DNA of 64,000 nucleotides from an uncultured Nitrospinota bacterium (GCA_963707985.1 CAVPRW010000010.1:240303-304302), one strand, 5' to 3'. Shown: positions 9,713 to 20,429, counted from the first letter of the stretch. A program made the numbers and translations. Notes: generated from the sequence alone by a model not told the origin.

Positions 9713-10675
9713 TCATGGATGCCGGACTGGCAATGGGGACGATGGCATGCAGGGTATAGAGCGGGCGTAGGCATGGAGGAAGGGCCCTTCCTGAGCCGCG
9801 AGTTGGCCAATGAAACGCTCTTCCGCCTGGACATTGAAATCCTTGGCGAGGGTTGCAGCGTTGGACATCTGGGTGCGGTAGAAGCCCCAGGCAAAGAACG
9901 CACCGATGCCAGCGGCGCCTTCCAGTCCGGCTCCGACGCCCCCGATGGTGCCCGCGATGAGCGCGCCATGGAGCCCCAGCCCGATCAAGCCGTCGAGTGT
10001 ATGGCCGGTATAGATTTGTCCGGTGCCGGGGAGTATCGTGGAGAGCATCCTGGCGACGGAGGGAGATCGATGCGGTAGTTCGGGAGGGATGACCAATGCG
10101 GCGGCCAAGCGTTCGCCGGATGCATGGTAAGGGCTGGCAGCGTCCACCTGTGCAAAGGCGTCGCGCGCCTCAGTCCATCGCCGTTGCCGCACGTAACTCC
10201 AGCCCATCAGGTAGGCGGCGCGCTGTGCGATGAGGCTTCCGGGGTACTGGCGCCTCAGCTCGTGGAACAGGCGAATGGCCTCCATTCGATCGCCCCCGCG
10301 GGCATGTGTCTCCGCCATCCACAGAGTGGCTTCTGCCCGCATCGCATCATCTGGCACCGTCTGCGCGATCCGGCGGAACACCTCAAATGCCTGCAGCCAA
10401 CGCTCCCCGCAGAAAAATGCTAGGCCAATCGCCAGTTGGGCCTCCAGAGCCAACGGATGTTCCGGTTGAAAAAAGAGGAAGCGCTGGAACTCACCGATGG
10501 CGCGATAATATTCCCCGGCGGCGAAGAGCGAGTGGGCAAACGCAAAGACCGGTGGCCGGGGAACAGTTGAGGTCGGGTGGGATAGAACGCGTGGTAAGGC
10601 GGGAACCAGCGCAGTGGGGAAGCTTAACCACAGCCCCCACAGACAGCAGAAGACGAGCCGCAACATATGCCCCAC
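9713..10675 (-). CDS. Secreted/membrane TPR-repeat protein with C-terminal Gly-zipper segment
   Basis: N-terminal hydrophobic signal, several TPR-like helical repeats (YYRAIGEFQRF..., EAIRLFHELRRQYP...), Gly-rich hydrophobic C-terminus. Confidence 0.55.
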   Translation of the reverse strand: MGHMLRLVFCCLWGLWLSFPTALVPALPRVLSHPTSTVPRPPVFAFAHSLFAAGEYYRAIGEFQRFLFFQPEHPLALEAQLAIGLAFFCGERWLQAFEVFRRIAQTVPDDAMRAEATLWMAETHARGGDRMEAIRLFHELRRQYPGSLIAQRAAYLMGWSYVRQRRWTEARDAFAQVDAASPYHASGERLAAALVIPPELPHRSPSVARMLSTILPGTGQIYTGHTLDGLIGLGLHGALIAGTIGGVGAGLEGAAGIGAFFAWGFYRTQMSNAATLAKDFNVQAEERFIGQLAAQEGPFLHAYARSIPCMPSSPLPVRHP

Positions 10676-10684
10676 GCCAGCTCC

Positions 10685-11122
10685 TCAGTCAGCGTCCTGG
10701 GCCCACCAGAAATCGTTGGCTTCAACCGGGTCGTAGGAACGCTGGATGCCATATTTGACGATGTGGGGGGCGCGCTGCTGCTCATCCCATTCGTGCAACA
10801 AGCGGTCGGTCGTCATCATGATGCCGATCAGCATACCGTGCTTAGCGACGGCTTGGCCGAGAAACCCTGAAGCCGTCGGATACATTACCGAGCGGGGTCC
10901 ATCGGCCCTGGTCAGCACCTGGTGCCAGGCCGTCAGCGCACCACGGACAGCCAGCCCCGGCACAGAGGTCTCGGGCTCGTTTGCACGCATAGCCTCTACC
11001 GTGGGCCGAGGCCATGGGCCGCGGAGCTTATCGGTGGCTGCTGCCAGGCCCACCAGGCCGCATGTTACCAGCACAGTGACCCAGATTGACACGACCCAAG
11101 CTGGCTTGGCGTTCTTCGGCAT
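10685..11122 (-). CDS. Hypothetical membrane-anchored protein
   Basis: N-terminal TM helix WVVSIWVTVLVTCGLVGLAAA; no recognisable domain; in-operon position. Confidence 0.4.
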   Translation of the reverse strand: MPKNAKPAWVVSIWVTVLVTCGLVGLAAATDKLRGPWPRPTVEAMRANEPETSVPGLAVRGALTAWHQVLTRADGPRSVMYPTASGFLGQAVAKHGMLIGIMMTTDRLLHEWDEQQRAPHIVKYGIQRSYDPVEANDFWWAQDAD

Positions 11123-11187
11123 GCGTCATCGACTCCGGCTCGCGCCTACCCGCCGCCACTCCGACGGGAAAGGGACTACCGCTTTTG

Positions 11188-13251
11188 CTACTTGAGCAAC
11201 TCCGCCAGAGCCACGGGAGTTGTGGTCGGCATGGAGCAGGCGAAATTGTGGCAGACGTAGGCGGTAGCCTTCCCCTCCACTTGCGTCATCTCGTCTACGG
11301 GCAAATGTGCGAAGGCGTCGGCAGGGCCTCCCGTGGGATCGATCGCCAGCAGGATCTTATTGGGCAGATACGATTCGTGCACCAGACGCAGCAACGACTG
11401 TGTATCGGCCTGATTGCCGCGACCGATGATGACGATTTCCTTGGGGGTCTCCAGGTAGAAGTCCAGGGCGCAGAGCATCTGGCCGAAACTGAACGGTTCG
11501 TCTTCCATCCTATCACGGAACAGACGCAAGGTCTGCTCTCCCTTCTGGAGCAACTCTTCTTCGCCGGTGTAATAATACAACCGCAAGAGGTTGAGAGTCG
11601 CGACCGAATTTCCACCGGGGACGGCATGATCGAAGGGGTCTTTGGGGCGATGGATGAGCGCTTCATGGTCAGGCCCGGTCAGGAAAAATCCGCCCTGCAC
11701 CTCATCCCAGAAATTGGCCAGCGTGGCGCGATTGAACTCCTCAGCCAGCGTCAAGAACCGTTGTTCACCGGTCGACTCGAAGGCGTCAAGCAGACAGGCA
11801 ACAAAGCAGGCATGATCGTCAAGGTAGCCAGCCAGCTTGGCCTGCCCATCCTTGAAGCTATGGAGCAGACGGCCATCGCGCACCAGATGCGACAGCAGGA
11901 ACTCGATCGACCGCACGGCATCCTGCTTCACCTGGTCATCTTCAAGCAGGTTGGCGGCATCGAAAAAGGCCGAGATCATCAACCCATTCCAGGCCACGAT
12001 CACCTTTTCATCCCGAAATGGCTTGATTCGTTCCTCGCGCGCGCTGAAGAGCCGCTGACGGGCCTCGTCGAGCAGGCGCTCGACGGCGGCTGCTTTCTCA
12101 CCGAATTCCTGCGCCACCCAATCGGCTGCTACAGCACGATGCAGAATGCTCTTGCCATGCTCGAAATTGCCCTGTTCATCCACGCCATAGGCTCGACAAA
12201 AGACCTCGCCGATCTCAGGCCCGACCACCGCCGCGACCTCTTCCGGGGTCCAGACGAAAAACTTCCCCTCCTCCCCCTCACTGTCGGCATCCTGAGTGGC
12301 GTAGAAGCCTCCCGCGGACTGGAGCATCTCGCGCTGGACGTACCCCACGGTTTCCTGCACCACGCGCCGGTAGAATGGATTCTTGGTGATACGGTATGCA
12401 TCAGCGTACAGGCGAATGAGCTGGGCATTGTCGTACAACATTTTCTCGAAATGTGGGACCAACCAGTGGGCATCGACTGAGTAGCGATGGAATCCGCCGC
12501 CGAGTTGATCGTAAATTCCCCCTTGTGCCATCTTCTCCAGGCCTAACAAGGCCATGCGCAGGTAGGGCTCGTTCCCTGTCGCCCGCCAATAGCGTAGGAA
12601 TACTGCCAGGAGCATGGGGTTGGGGAATTTGGGTTGCGTGCCGAAGCCACCATAGGTTTCATCGAAGGAATTGTTCAGTTTGCGCGCCGCGTTCTCGATG
12701 ACGGTCTTACCGAGGGGAAGGGCAGACGCACGGAACGTCGACAATCCGTCGAGTCCCTGCAACACCCGCTCCGTCGTCTGGCGGATCTCGGCTTTATGTT
12801 CACGATAGTATTGGGCCACCGCCTCGATGACCTTGGGGAACCCTGGACGGCCGAATCGATCATCGGGGGGATAATATGTTCCACCGTAAAAAGGCTCTCG
12901 GTCAGGTGTGAGGAACATCGTCAGCGGCCACCCGCCACCAACTCCAAACATCTGTACGACATACTGGTAGATCTGGTCCAGATCCGGGCGCTCCTCGCGG
13001 TCGACCTTGATATTCACAAAGTTCTGATTCATGAGCTCAGCGATGGGCGCGTTTTCAAACGATTCATGCTCCATGACATGGCACCAATGGCAGGCTGAAT
13101 AGCCGATGCTGAGCAAAATGGGTTTATCCTCTGCTTTGGCTTTCGCCAGGGCTTCTTCACCCCATCCATACCAATTCACCGGATTATGGGCATGTTGGAG
13201 GAGGTACGGGCTGGTCTCATGAATCAGGTGGTTGGTATAGCGATGGTCCAT
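11188..13251 (-). CDS. Thioredoxin-domain protein of the DUF255/YyaL (SPATA20-like) family
   Basis: [58 protein letters not shown]-terminal thioredoxin-like block followed by six-hairpin glycosidase-like domain. Confidence 0.85.
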   Translation of the reverse strand: MDHRYTNHLIHETSPYLLQHAHNPVNWYGWGEEALAKAKAEDKPILLSIGYSACHWCHVMEHESFENAPIAELMNQNFVNIKVDREERPDLDQIYQYVVQMFGVGGGWPLTMFLTPDREPFYGGTYYPPDDRFGRPGFPKVIEAVAQYYREHKAEIRQTTERVLQGLDGLSTFRASALPLGKTVIENAARKLNNSFDETYGGFGTQPKFPNPMLLAVFLRYWRATGNEPYLRMALLGLEKMAQGGIYDQLGGGFHRYSVDAHWLVPHFEKMLYDNAQLIRLYADAYRITKNPFYRRVVQETVGYVQREMLQSAGGFYATQDADSEGEEGKFFVWTPEEVAAVVGPEIGEVFCRAYGVDEQGNFEHGKSILHRAVAADWVAQEFGEKAAAVERLLDEARQRLFSAREERIKPFRDEKVIVAWNGLMISAFFDAANLLEDDQVKQDAVRSIEFLLSHLVRDGRLLHSFKDGQAKLAGYLDDHACFVACLLDAFESTGEQRFLTLAEEFNRATLANFWDEVQGGFFLTGPDHEALIHRPKDPFDHAVPGGNSVATLNLLRLYYYTGEEELLQKGEQTLRLFRDRMEDEPFSFGQMLCALDFYLETPKEIVIIGRGNQADTQSLLRLVHESYLPNKILLAIDPTGGPADAFAHLPVDEMTQVEGKATAYVCHNFACSMPTTTPVALAELLK

Positions 13252-13506
13252 TGGCTCGCTCACTTTCCGTCTGTACACGACCTTGGCGATGGGGGGAGAC
13301 GAGCGCAGTAGGAGCCTGCGCCTGTTGTCCTCATACTGTACAGTACCATACTGCCATGAGAACCTCAATCGTCTTTGGAAAATTAGTCATATATTTCAAA
13401 AATATACACGAATCAAAACCAATATGCAGGTGGGATCGGTGGTTGAGATGAAGAGGTGGCCGGAGGCGTGGCTTGGCCATATTTTCCAGACAGCCCGTGG
13501 CTGTGA

Positions 13507-14592
13507 CTATCGGCCTGCCCGAAATCGGTACCGCTCCTGCACATAACTTCCCAGTTCCTGACACCAGAGCGGCACATGGGACAGGGCCAACCCCAGTTGA
13601 AGGGGGAGTCTTGGAAATTCGTTCAAAGGTGCGCCCAGGGCCACTGTTGCGGCGATGGGCATATCCCAGCGTTCACGGGCTTCCCCAAGCATCTGCAGCG
13701 GATGACGCCAATGGCAGGCCATATAGTGTACGACTCTCCTGCGCTCACCGGCTCCGAGGCAGCGATCCCATTGCCGTAAGACGGCTGGGATGAGCCAGCG
13801 GGGTAAGTGGTTGGCGTGATCGGCAACCGGGGTGTTTTCGATATCGGCAGCCAGGAGCTGGTGCGCTAGCCCTAGTGTGCAGGCCACCCAACCGGCGTGG
13901 CGGCTATTCCCTCCCAGGCAACGGTCCCAATCGAAGTCCGGCGGCCGAGATTCCAGCGCCGCGGCGATATCACAGAGCCACAGCGGGCGCCAGGCATTGT
14001 GGCGCAGGAAATGGCGGATTAAGACGACCAGATGGTCCTCGGCGGCCAGGATACGGATATCGACGTCGTTGAGACGAGCGGTTTGTGAGCGTGCGTAGAG
14101 AACGTCGAGACTTTGGCCACACATCCACCTTAGGCCGCGATGCAGGTCCACGGGGCATTCGCCACCATTGCCCTCGTTGAGCACGGTCAGGGCCGCACCG
14201 TGTTGTTCGGGGCGCACGACGATATCAAGATCGCCAAACGGACGCAGGCCGGACTCCGGATAAAGCCGGGCCACGGCCCAGCCTTTGATCAAGAGCGGTT
14301 CCACCCCGGCGGCGCGCAGCGCGCCGAAAAGCTGTTGCAGCACCTGCTCACGTACGGTTGTGCGAATGGTGTGCAAACGATAGGCTTGCTGCAGGGTGCG
14401 GGCCGCGGCGGATGTCCGCAGACGGCTGTGTCGAACACGGTGCCAACCGAGCGCCCCTCCTCCCGATCGCAGCAGCAGCGGGGTAACCTGTTGTAACTCG
14501 CCCTCGGATGTAGCCAGGGGAGGAGGGTTATGACGCCAAATTCCCCTCAGCAGTGAGGCCAGGACACTACCGGGGGACGTTACTATACTCAT
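13507..14592 (-). CDS. Nucleotidyltransferase family protein (NTP_transf_5-like, the family that accompanies HPr-kinase homologues in lasso-peptide clusters)
   Basis: FGDLDIVVRP nucleotidyltransferase motif; 361 aa; overlaps upstream kinase gene by 26 nt. Confidence 0.6.
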   Translation of the reverse strand: MSIVTSPGSVLASLLRGIWRHNPPPLATSEGELQQVTPLLLRSGGGALGWHRVRHSRLRTSAAARTLQQAYRLHTIRTTVREQVLQQLFGALRAAGVEPLLIKGWAVARLYPESGLRPFGDLDIVVRPEQHGAALTVLNEGNGGECPVDLHRGLRWMCGQSLDVLYARSQTARLNDVDIRILAAEDHLVVLIRHFLRHNAWRPLWLCDIAAALESRPPDFDWDRCLGGNSRHAGWVACTLGLAHQLLAADIENTPVADHANHLPRWLIPAVLRQWDRCLGAGERRRVVHYMACHWRHPLQMLGEARERWDMPIAATVALGAPLNEFPRLPLQLGLALSHVPLWCQELGSYVQERYRFRAGR

Positions 14593-15418
14593 AGGACTTC
14601 TCCAGATATTTCAGGAGCCGTGGGGCGACTGCGCTGGCCTCGCCACGTCCACCCTTGAGGATGATGGCGTTGGCGGCGACCCGCTGCAGGATAACCAGAA
14701 CATCGGCGGGTTGGCGGCGCGCCGACACCGTATTCGCCAACAAGGCTAACACCCCGTGCCCAGGGGAGAGACGTCGCGGTCGCCAGCTGGCCCCAGCCTT
14801 GTAATGGCTAACCACTACAAGACCGATGGGCAGGGGCGTGGAGCCCGTACTGCCACTCAGCGTCTCTGCGGGGTGCCGAATCGCCCTCCCTCCGGGATCC
14901 GCACGCAGGGACAACGGCTTGAGATATGGATGTACTCGTCCCTGCTCATCCAACACGGCATATTCATCCGAATAATAGGTCGCACCGGCAGTTACCAAGG
15001 CTGCGACCAGTGTACTTTTGCCGCTGTGGCTCCGCCCTGGGATGAGGACGGCCTTCCCTCGCCAGCCGACCACACCGGCGTGTACGAACCGCCGACGGGG
15101 TGCGGCTTCAGCCACATGCAGATGGACATGCGCTTCAAGGGCGTCGAAAACCTCCTCAAGATCGAGTGATCGCGCCACACGCAGCGCATTCGCATACAGT
15201 AAGTGGAAACGACGCACTGCCGCCCTTGCTCCAGCTCCCCCTACGACCAACGAATAGAGGATATCCACCTGGGGGGAGGAGGCGGGTTTCCATGCCGGCG
15301 GCAGATAGATTCCAACTCGTTTCAGCACATCGGTCTCGCTCACTCGGATCCCGACGCGCACCCCATAGGCGGTAAAGGCCCGTCCAGCCGCCCAGCCCAG
15401 GCGGTCGATTTTCTCCAT
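14567..15418 (-). CDS. HPr kinase/phosphorylase-like P-loop kinase (HprK-related kinase)
   Basis: GRSHSGKSTL Walker A in the position and context of the HprK C-terminal domain (GxSGxGKS). Confidence 0.65.
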   Translation of the reverse strand: MEKIDRLGWAAGRAFTAYGVRVGIRVSETDVLKRVGIYLPPAWKPASSPQVDILYSLVVGGAGARAAVRRFHLLYANALRVARSLDLEEVFDALEAHVHLHVAEAAPRRRFVHAGVVGWRGKAVLIPGRSHSGKSTLVAALVTAGATYYSDEYAVLDEQGRVHPYLKPLSLRADPGGRAIRHPAETLSGSTGSTPLPIGLVVVSHYKAGASWRPRRLSPGHGVLALLANTVSARRQPADVLVILQRVAANAIILKGGRGEASAVAPRLLKYLEKSYEYSNVPR

Positions 15419-15921
15419 TCACGTCGACCCAGACTTGAGATAGGGGAGAATCGTTTCGGCCACTGCTCGTCACTCCCATGCGAATGGCATCATGTCCTGA
15501 ACCGCGTGCCTGACGACTCCCCATGGTGCAGAGGCGCCGACACACCCATCGCTGATACACGCACCACTGGTACAATAGGGTCAACTGGAGTCACTGATCT
15601 CGATCCTAACACGGAAGATAAAATTGATCAATAAAATTCATAAATATATGGAGAATAAGCCAATAACTGTACTCATAGTTGCTGACGCAGTTGATTCGAT
15701 ATTTGCATTAGCTTCCATAAGACTTATAGGGTTTGAAGAGCTGCACCCAGCACTGTGCCCTGGGCAGCAGGCGATGCGCAAATCTATGCAGCGATCGGGT
15801 GAATGCGTCTAGGCTGGGAAAGAATCGAACGAGGCAGGAAACGAGCCGTGGACTCAGCCACATCTTCCTTGACCCGGAATAGGAGACCACAAGCGTTTAG
15901 ACGGCACCGAGCGCAACGCGC

Positions 15922-16254
15922 TTACGGCAGTTTTCGGATAGCGACAATGCGAGATTTTTTCTCCTCACTGACCCGAAAATGGATACGATCTCCGGCTTTG
16001 AGGCCATTGAGCAGGGCTGGATCCGACACGCTGAATGGCATTTCCATTGGTCCCATGAAATACCCAGGCGCTCGAATGGGCTCGTGATCCAGCAGAATCT
16101 GCCCTTGATCTGCCATAATGCCGACCACCGTTCCTTCTGATTCGTACGGACCCCACTCGCCAGCCTGGAGCCCTGGGATGGCACAAACCGTCCAGAACGT
16201 GATAGCCAGCATGATTGTAGTCAATCGAACCACTCGGCATTGGCACAGGCGCAT
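15922..16254 (-). CDS. cusF: CusF-like periplasmic copper-binding protein
   Basis: Signal peptide then ILLDHEPI...FMGPMEMPFSV...LKAGDRIHF matches the CusF H-x-M-x-M metal site and beta-barrel motif. Confidence 0.55.
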   Translation of the reverse strand: MRLCQCRVVRLTTIMLAITFWTVCAIPGLQAGEWGPYESEGTVVGIMADQGQILLDHEPIRAPGYFMGPMEMPFSVSDPALLNGLKAGDRIHFRVSEEKKSRIVAIRKLP

Positions 16255-16834
16255 GGCGGGGGTCGCGCTCTGACCGGTATTCGGCGAGACAGAATATTTC
16301 AATCTTGTGTGGACTGATTGAGATGTTGTGCGACGTTGTGTCATAACTGAGTTCCCTCTCGACCCTGGATTGCCAGATATCAGACGACGGCACGTCTGCT
16401 GCTCAGGTGCGAGCCAATCCGGAGGGCGTTGCACTCATCCTCTCGAGGAGGTAACCCATCGGATTGGCGGCCTTCGGTGGGGAGAAGGCCAGCCTCCGCG
16501 ACGTTAGTGGGATTATAACATGCTCCCCAAGCCGGGTAACATGATAGTAACCGCTTAAGCCTAGGCTCGTTGACACCGGGCGACAGCACGCTAGAATATC
16601 ATGCTGACATGGCAACGGGATCGATTCAGGCAACGAATGGCACAGTCCCGGCGGATAGCCTCCATAGAATCCGAGGGTTTATGGCTTGAAGTACGGCCGG
16701 ATCACCTCACATGCCACGCGTTCCATCCTGGATGGCTACAAGTTATCACGCAAGTATTTCCCCGGTTAGATCTACATTGTGCCCCGTCGGGTCGGGTGCC
16801 TCATGTCCCGATGCTCGGGTGCAGAGGGGGTGAT

Positions 16835-17200
16835 GTGCGCTTTCGCGTCCATCTTCGTGCCCCACCGCCGATTGTGATTCCAATAAACTATGCGCATCAG
16901 CTCGCCTCCGTCGTCTACCACCTTCTCGGCCGCTCTTCTTCAGCATATAGGGCGTTTCTGCATAGTCAGGGCTATGGCACAGGCGATCGTCGCTTCAAAC
17001 TGTTCACCTTCTCCCCTCTCTTTGGTCAGCCACGCCAGGTGGTGGCCGGGCATTTACGCTTCGAGACTACCGCAGTGACATGGTCCATCACCTCCCCAGT
17101 GGAAGCCTTCATCCGACATGTGGTCCAGGGCATTCTGAGCCTCGATCAGATCGAGATAGCCGGCGTTACTTTCATAGAAAAGAGGAGACTTATGGCATGC
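16835..17200 (+). pseudogene. cas6: Cas6 endoribonuclease N-terminal fragment (C-terminal half incl. Gly-rich loop missing; reading frame runs into the HEPN gene)
   Basis: VRFRVHLR...PINYAHQLASVVYHLLG...AFLHSQGYG...FKLFTFSPLFGQPR...HLRF aligns to Pyrococcus-type Cas6 (RFLIRL..PYNHQYYLQGLIY...KLHD..KPFVFSLLFGNPR); GTG start with GAGGGGG SD. Confidence 0.55.
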
Positions 17201-17655
17201 CTGGCCGCTACGAAGATTGGTTACGGCAGGCGCGACGAGATATCAGCCACGCGCAAAACGCCTTGGAGGATGGCGATTACGATTGGGCCTGCTTTGCAGC
17301 CCAGCAAGCGGCCGAGAAAGCCGTTAAAGCCCTCTTCCGATTCCTCGCTGCAGACGCTTGGGGTCATTCCGTGAGCTTGTTACTCGGCAGGCTCCCCGAG
17401 ACATACAGACCTCTCGAAGCCATGATCGATGGCGCCAAGGAACTAGATAAGCATTACATCCCTTCGCGTTATCCCTATGGCTTTGACGAGGGTGCCCCAC
17501 TTGATTACTACACCAAAGATGAAGCCACACGGAGCATAGGCCATGCGCGAGTCATCATCACCTTCTGTGAAGGTCACATTTACCAACCGAGAACAAATCC
17601 TCACAGCCCTGAAGAATCTGATCCAGGAGTGGGCCCAACAACACCCGGAGCTTGA
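17197..17655 (+). CDS. HEPN-domain protein (HepT-like toxin of HEPN/MNT pair)
   Basis: DYDWACFAAQQAAEKAVKA...LDKHYIPSRYP typical HEPN; AGAGGAG SD 9 nt upstream of ATG. Confidence 0.7.
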   Translation: MPGRYEDWLRQARRDISHAQNALEDGDYDWACFAAQQAAEKAVKALFRFLAADAWGHSVSLLLGRLPETYRPLEAMIDGAKELDKHYIPSRYPYGFDEGAPLDYYTKDEATRSIGHARVIITFCEGHIYQPRTNPHSPEESDPGVGPTTPGA

Positions 17656-17920
17656 GCAGGTCATCCTGTTTGGCTCATTTGCGCGTGGCGATTATTTCCC
17701 CGGAAGTGATGTGGACGTGCTTCTCATCCTTGAGAACTCAGACCAACCGCTTCTATACCGTAGCCGAAAATTTCTTCCAACCCATTTTCCGGTTGACATC
17801 GATGTATTTCCTTACACTAGAGATGAAATCGAGCGCTTCATGAATGATCCTCAGAGCCTCGTGGTGCAGGCGCTGTCCGAGGGCAAACAGATGTACCCTT
17901 TAACTGGTTGCGAGTTTTAG
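17543..17920 (+). CDS. Minimal nucleotidyltransferase (MntA-like antitoxin)
   Basis: ILFGSFARGD....SDVDVLL = GS-x9-DxD Pol-beta superfamily motif; overlaps HEPN gene. Confidence 0.65.
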   Translation: MRESSSPSVKVTFTNREQILTALKNLIQEWAQQHPELEQVILFGSFARGDYFPGSDVDVLLILENSDQPLLYRSRKFLPTHFPVDIDVFPYTRDEIERFMNDPQSLVVQALSEGKQMYPLTGCEF

Positions 17921-18112
17921 ACACCGCAGAACGCTCGCAGGTAGATCAACACATACGCTAACAACTTCATCCCCGTATAGTCAAAATATTCGAACTCGCC
18001 TTCCCCCTGGAGGTTAGGCCTTTACCACCGTCTGTGCTTCAGCTTGTCTTCTGCTCCACTTTCACCCATACTCAGCATCAATTATGGATAGCAAAAGCTG
18101 AGAGGTGCGGCG

Positions 18113-19066
18113 ATGGACTGGAAACACCTGCTCGCATACATCACGGCGACTGTCGATCAGGAACTGCTGGTGTGCAACGAATATCTGGTCACGGAGAATC
18201 GCATCCTCCGCACCCAAATCAAGGGGCGCCTCCGGTTGAGTGACGGCGAACGTCAGACCTTGGCGGAGATTGGCCAGAAGCTAGGGAAGCAAGCCTTGGA
18301 GGAAGTGGCCACGATCGTCAAACCCGAGACCGTCCTTGGCTGGCACCGGAAACTGGTCGCCCGGAAGTTTGACGGTTCCCAACAGCGCAAGGCTCCCGGC
18401 CGTCCCACGATCGACCAGGAGGTGGAGGCCCTGGTGGCGCGTATGGCCAAGGAGAACCGCTCCTGGGGTTATGACCGGATCGTCGGCGCACTGGCCAACC
18501 TGGGCTATACGATCAGTGATCAAACCGTGGGCAATATCCTCAAGCGCCACGGTATCCCACCGGCACCAGAGCGTAAAACCACGACAACCTGGAAGGAGTT
18601 TATCCTCACGCACATGGATGTGCTCGTCGCCACTGACTTTTTCACCGCTGAGGTCTGGACAACGGCAGGGTTAGTGACATACTACGTGCTCTTTTTCATC
18701 CACCTCGCCAGTCGGCAAGTCCATCTGGCCGGCGTGACGCCCCATCCTGATGAGCGATGGATGGTGCAGAGCGGCCGTAACGTCACCATGACTGACTGGG
18801 GCTTCCTGTCTCCCGGGCAGTACCTCATCCATGACCGGGATGGGAAATATTGCCCCGTGTTTCAGCACATTATTGATGAGGCTGGCGTGAAGCGCGTTCC
18901 ATTACCGCCGCGGTCGCCGAATCTGAATGCCTACGCGGAGCGGTGGGTGCGCTCAGTGAAGGAGGAGTGTCTGTCGCGACTGATCCTGTTTGGGGAAGCG
19001 TCGCTCTGGTATGCGCTTCAAGAGTATGTGGAGCACTACCGTCACGAGCGGAATCATCAGGGTTAG
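18113..19066 (+). CDS. DDE (rve integrase-core) transposase of the IS3/IS481 superfamily, possibly 3'-truncated
   Basis: Leucine-zipper N-terminus, HTH ([19 protein letters not shown]), LIHDRDGKY and ...[10 protein letters not shown] ending abruptly within the conserved Y-x-ERPHQ motif. Confidence 0.7.
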   Translation: MDWKHLLAYITATVDQELLVCNEYLVTENRILRTQIKGRLRLSDGERQTLAEIGQKLGKQALEEVATIVKPETVLGWHRKLVARKFDGSQQRKAPGRPTIDQEVEALVARMAKENRSWGYDRIVGALANLGYTISDQTVGNILKRHGIPPAPERKTTTTWKEFILTHMDVLVATDFFTAEVWTTAGLVTYYVLFFIHLASRQVHLAGVTPHPDERWMVQSGRNVTMTDWGFLSPGQYLIHDRDGKYCPVFQHIIDEAGVKRVPLPPRSPNLNAYAERWVRSVKEECLSRLILFGEASLWYALQEYVEHYRHERNHQG

Positions 19067-19541
19067 GACAATGTGCTGCTCTTTCCTATCTCAAGAGGAG
19101 ACGGAAGGCGTACAGGCCCGGTTCACTGTCGAGAACGGCTCGGCGGACTCCTGAAATACTACGAGTGTGAGGCCGCATGAGTTTTTTGACCAAACGACCA
19201 GCAAAGTCTTCCAATCCATGCGTCTGTCCCCCTCCGTTTGCTCCGCCCTCCATGGGCGTCGAGTATACGTAATGGGGTGGACAGGAGGCGAGCCGAAGCG
19301 TGAGCCATGGCAGGGCCGTAAACGCTGCCGTCAAGCCGGTTTCGAGTTTTTTGACCATACGCGATTATTCCGATGAGACGAAGCGATTTGCGATCGCGCC
19401 GAGGTCACGATTCTTTGTCTCGAGCTCCCTCCGTCGCTCAGAATACTCTGACGTTAGGCGTTCTGACTCGTCGAACGTTCCGTCTTCGTTGTATCGGACA
19501 GCTGATAGGAATCGAGTATCTCCCTCGAATGCCTGCGCGGC

Positions 19542-20288
19542 CTACTCTGTGAGGGTTTGGAAGGTTCGCTCAGCCGTTTCCAGAGGTGCCTTGAGTTGGG
19601 TCCGTACCTCACGATGAACCGCCCCGAGGCCTTCGCTGTACTGCCTGAGGAGCGGCATAAGGGCAATGAGGCCATTCCCATTGGCACGCTGTTTGAGTTC
19701 CTCGAGTATTGGAGGTTTGAACTTCTTATCCTGAGCAAGTTCCCTTACACCAATGGCAGGGACGACGCTGAATCTCGAGCGGGCTGGCTGGAATCGCTCC
19801 TCATGGACGATAGGGAACGAAATAGCATTAACCGGAAGTCCTCGATGCTGAGCATGATTTCGCAACGCCTCCATTGCCCTGTACCCAAAGCGGTCATCGT
19901 ACTGCGCATTCATAACCTTTCTTATGCGCGCCACCACACGGCCACCATCTTGAAGGGCCTCTGAAATGTCGTGCTTTACTTGGTCCACGTATAGCCGCGC
20001 CGTCGCAAGGTAGTTGGTAAGTCTGCGATTCGTGCTACGCCGTGCGTGATTTAGGAGCTCGTCAATCCGACCAGGAAAGAGTGAGTACTCAAGCGCCATG
20101 TCGAGGAGATGACGTTCGAGATCCGCGTGATTCTCCAGTGCGATGTCGAACTTTTCCTCGACACCCAACCCAACGCTGAGCGTGACCCGCGCCCGTTGTG
20201 CGGCAGCGAACTCCTCCGCCGAGATTGGCACGTCTTTGTCGAAACCGATGTATGCGCAGGTAACGCCGTACCTTACTGCATCAGTCAT
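19542..20288 (-). CDS. Hypothetical protein with HEPN-like R-N-x3-H motif (ALRNHAQH)
   Basis: 249 aa, start MTDAV with GGAG SD; no known domain recognised beyond the motif. Confidence 0.4.
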   Translation of the reverse strand: MTDAVRYGVTCAYIGFDKDVPISAEEFAAAQRARVTLSVGLGVEEKFDIALENHADLERHLLDMALEYSLFPGRIDELLNHARRSTNRRLTNYLATARLYVDQVKHDISEALQDGGRVVARIRKVMNAQYDDRFGYRAMEALRNHAQHRGLPVNAISFPIVHEERFQPARSRFSVVPAIGVRELAQDKKFKPPILEELKQRANGNGLIALMPLLRQYSEGLGAVHREVRTQLKAPLETAERTFQTLTE

Positions 20289-20429
20289 GTGTCGCTCCTG
20301 AGCGCTCCCGTCGCCCAACTATTGAGTATCTGGCCATGTTTGCGTCAACGCCTCCTTGAACTAGTGCGAAGTCAAGCCGGCCCCACCCGTGCGTGATCAG
20401 TACAGCACATAATGGACCAAATGGCTGAG

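Noticed and set aside
13331-13564. 77-aa ORF bridging the gap between the thioredoxin-domain gene and the nucleotidyltransferase
   Set aside because: It overlaps the 3' end of the nucleotidyltransferase gene and has no SD or motif.
15638-15718. 26-aa peptide next to the HprK-like kinase as a lasso-peptide precursor
   Set aside because: It has no Thr at -2, no Gly/Asp ring-forming pair, no RBS, and a core too short. It is kept only as a low-interest small ORF.
15400-18112. CRISPR array near the Cas6 fragment
   Set aside because: No direct repeats of 25-40 bp were found by eye in the flanking intergenic stretches.
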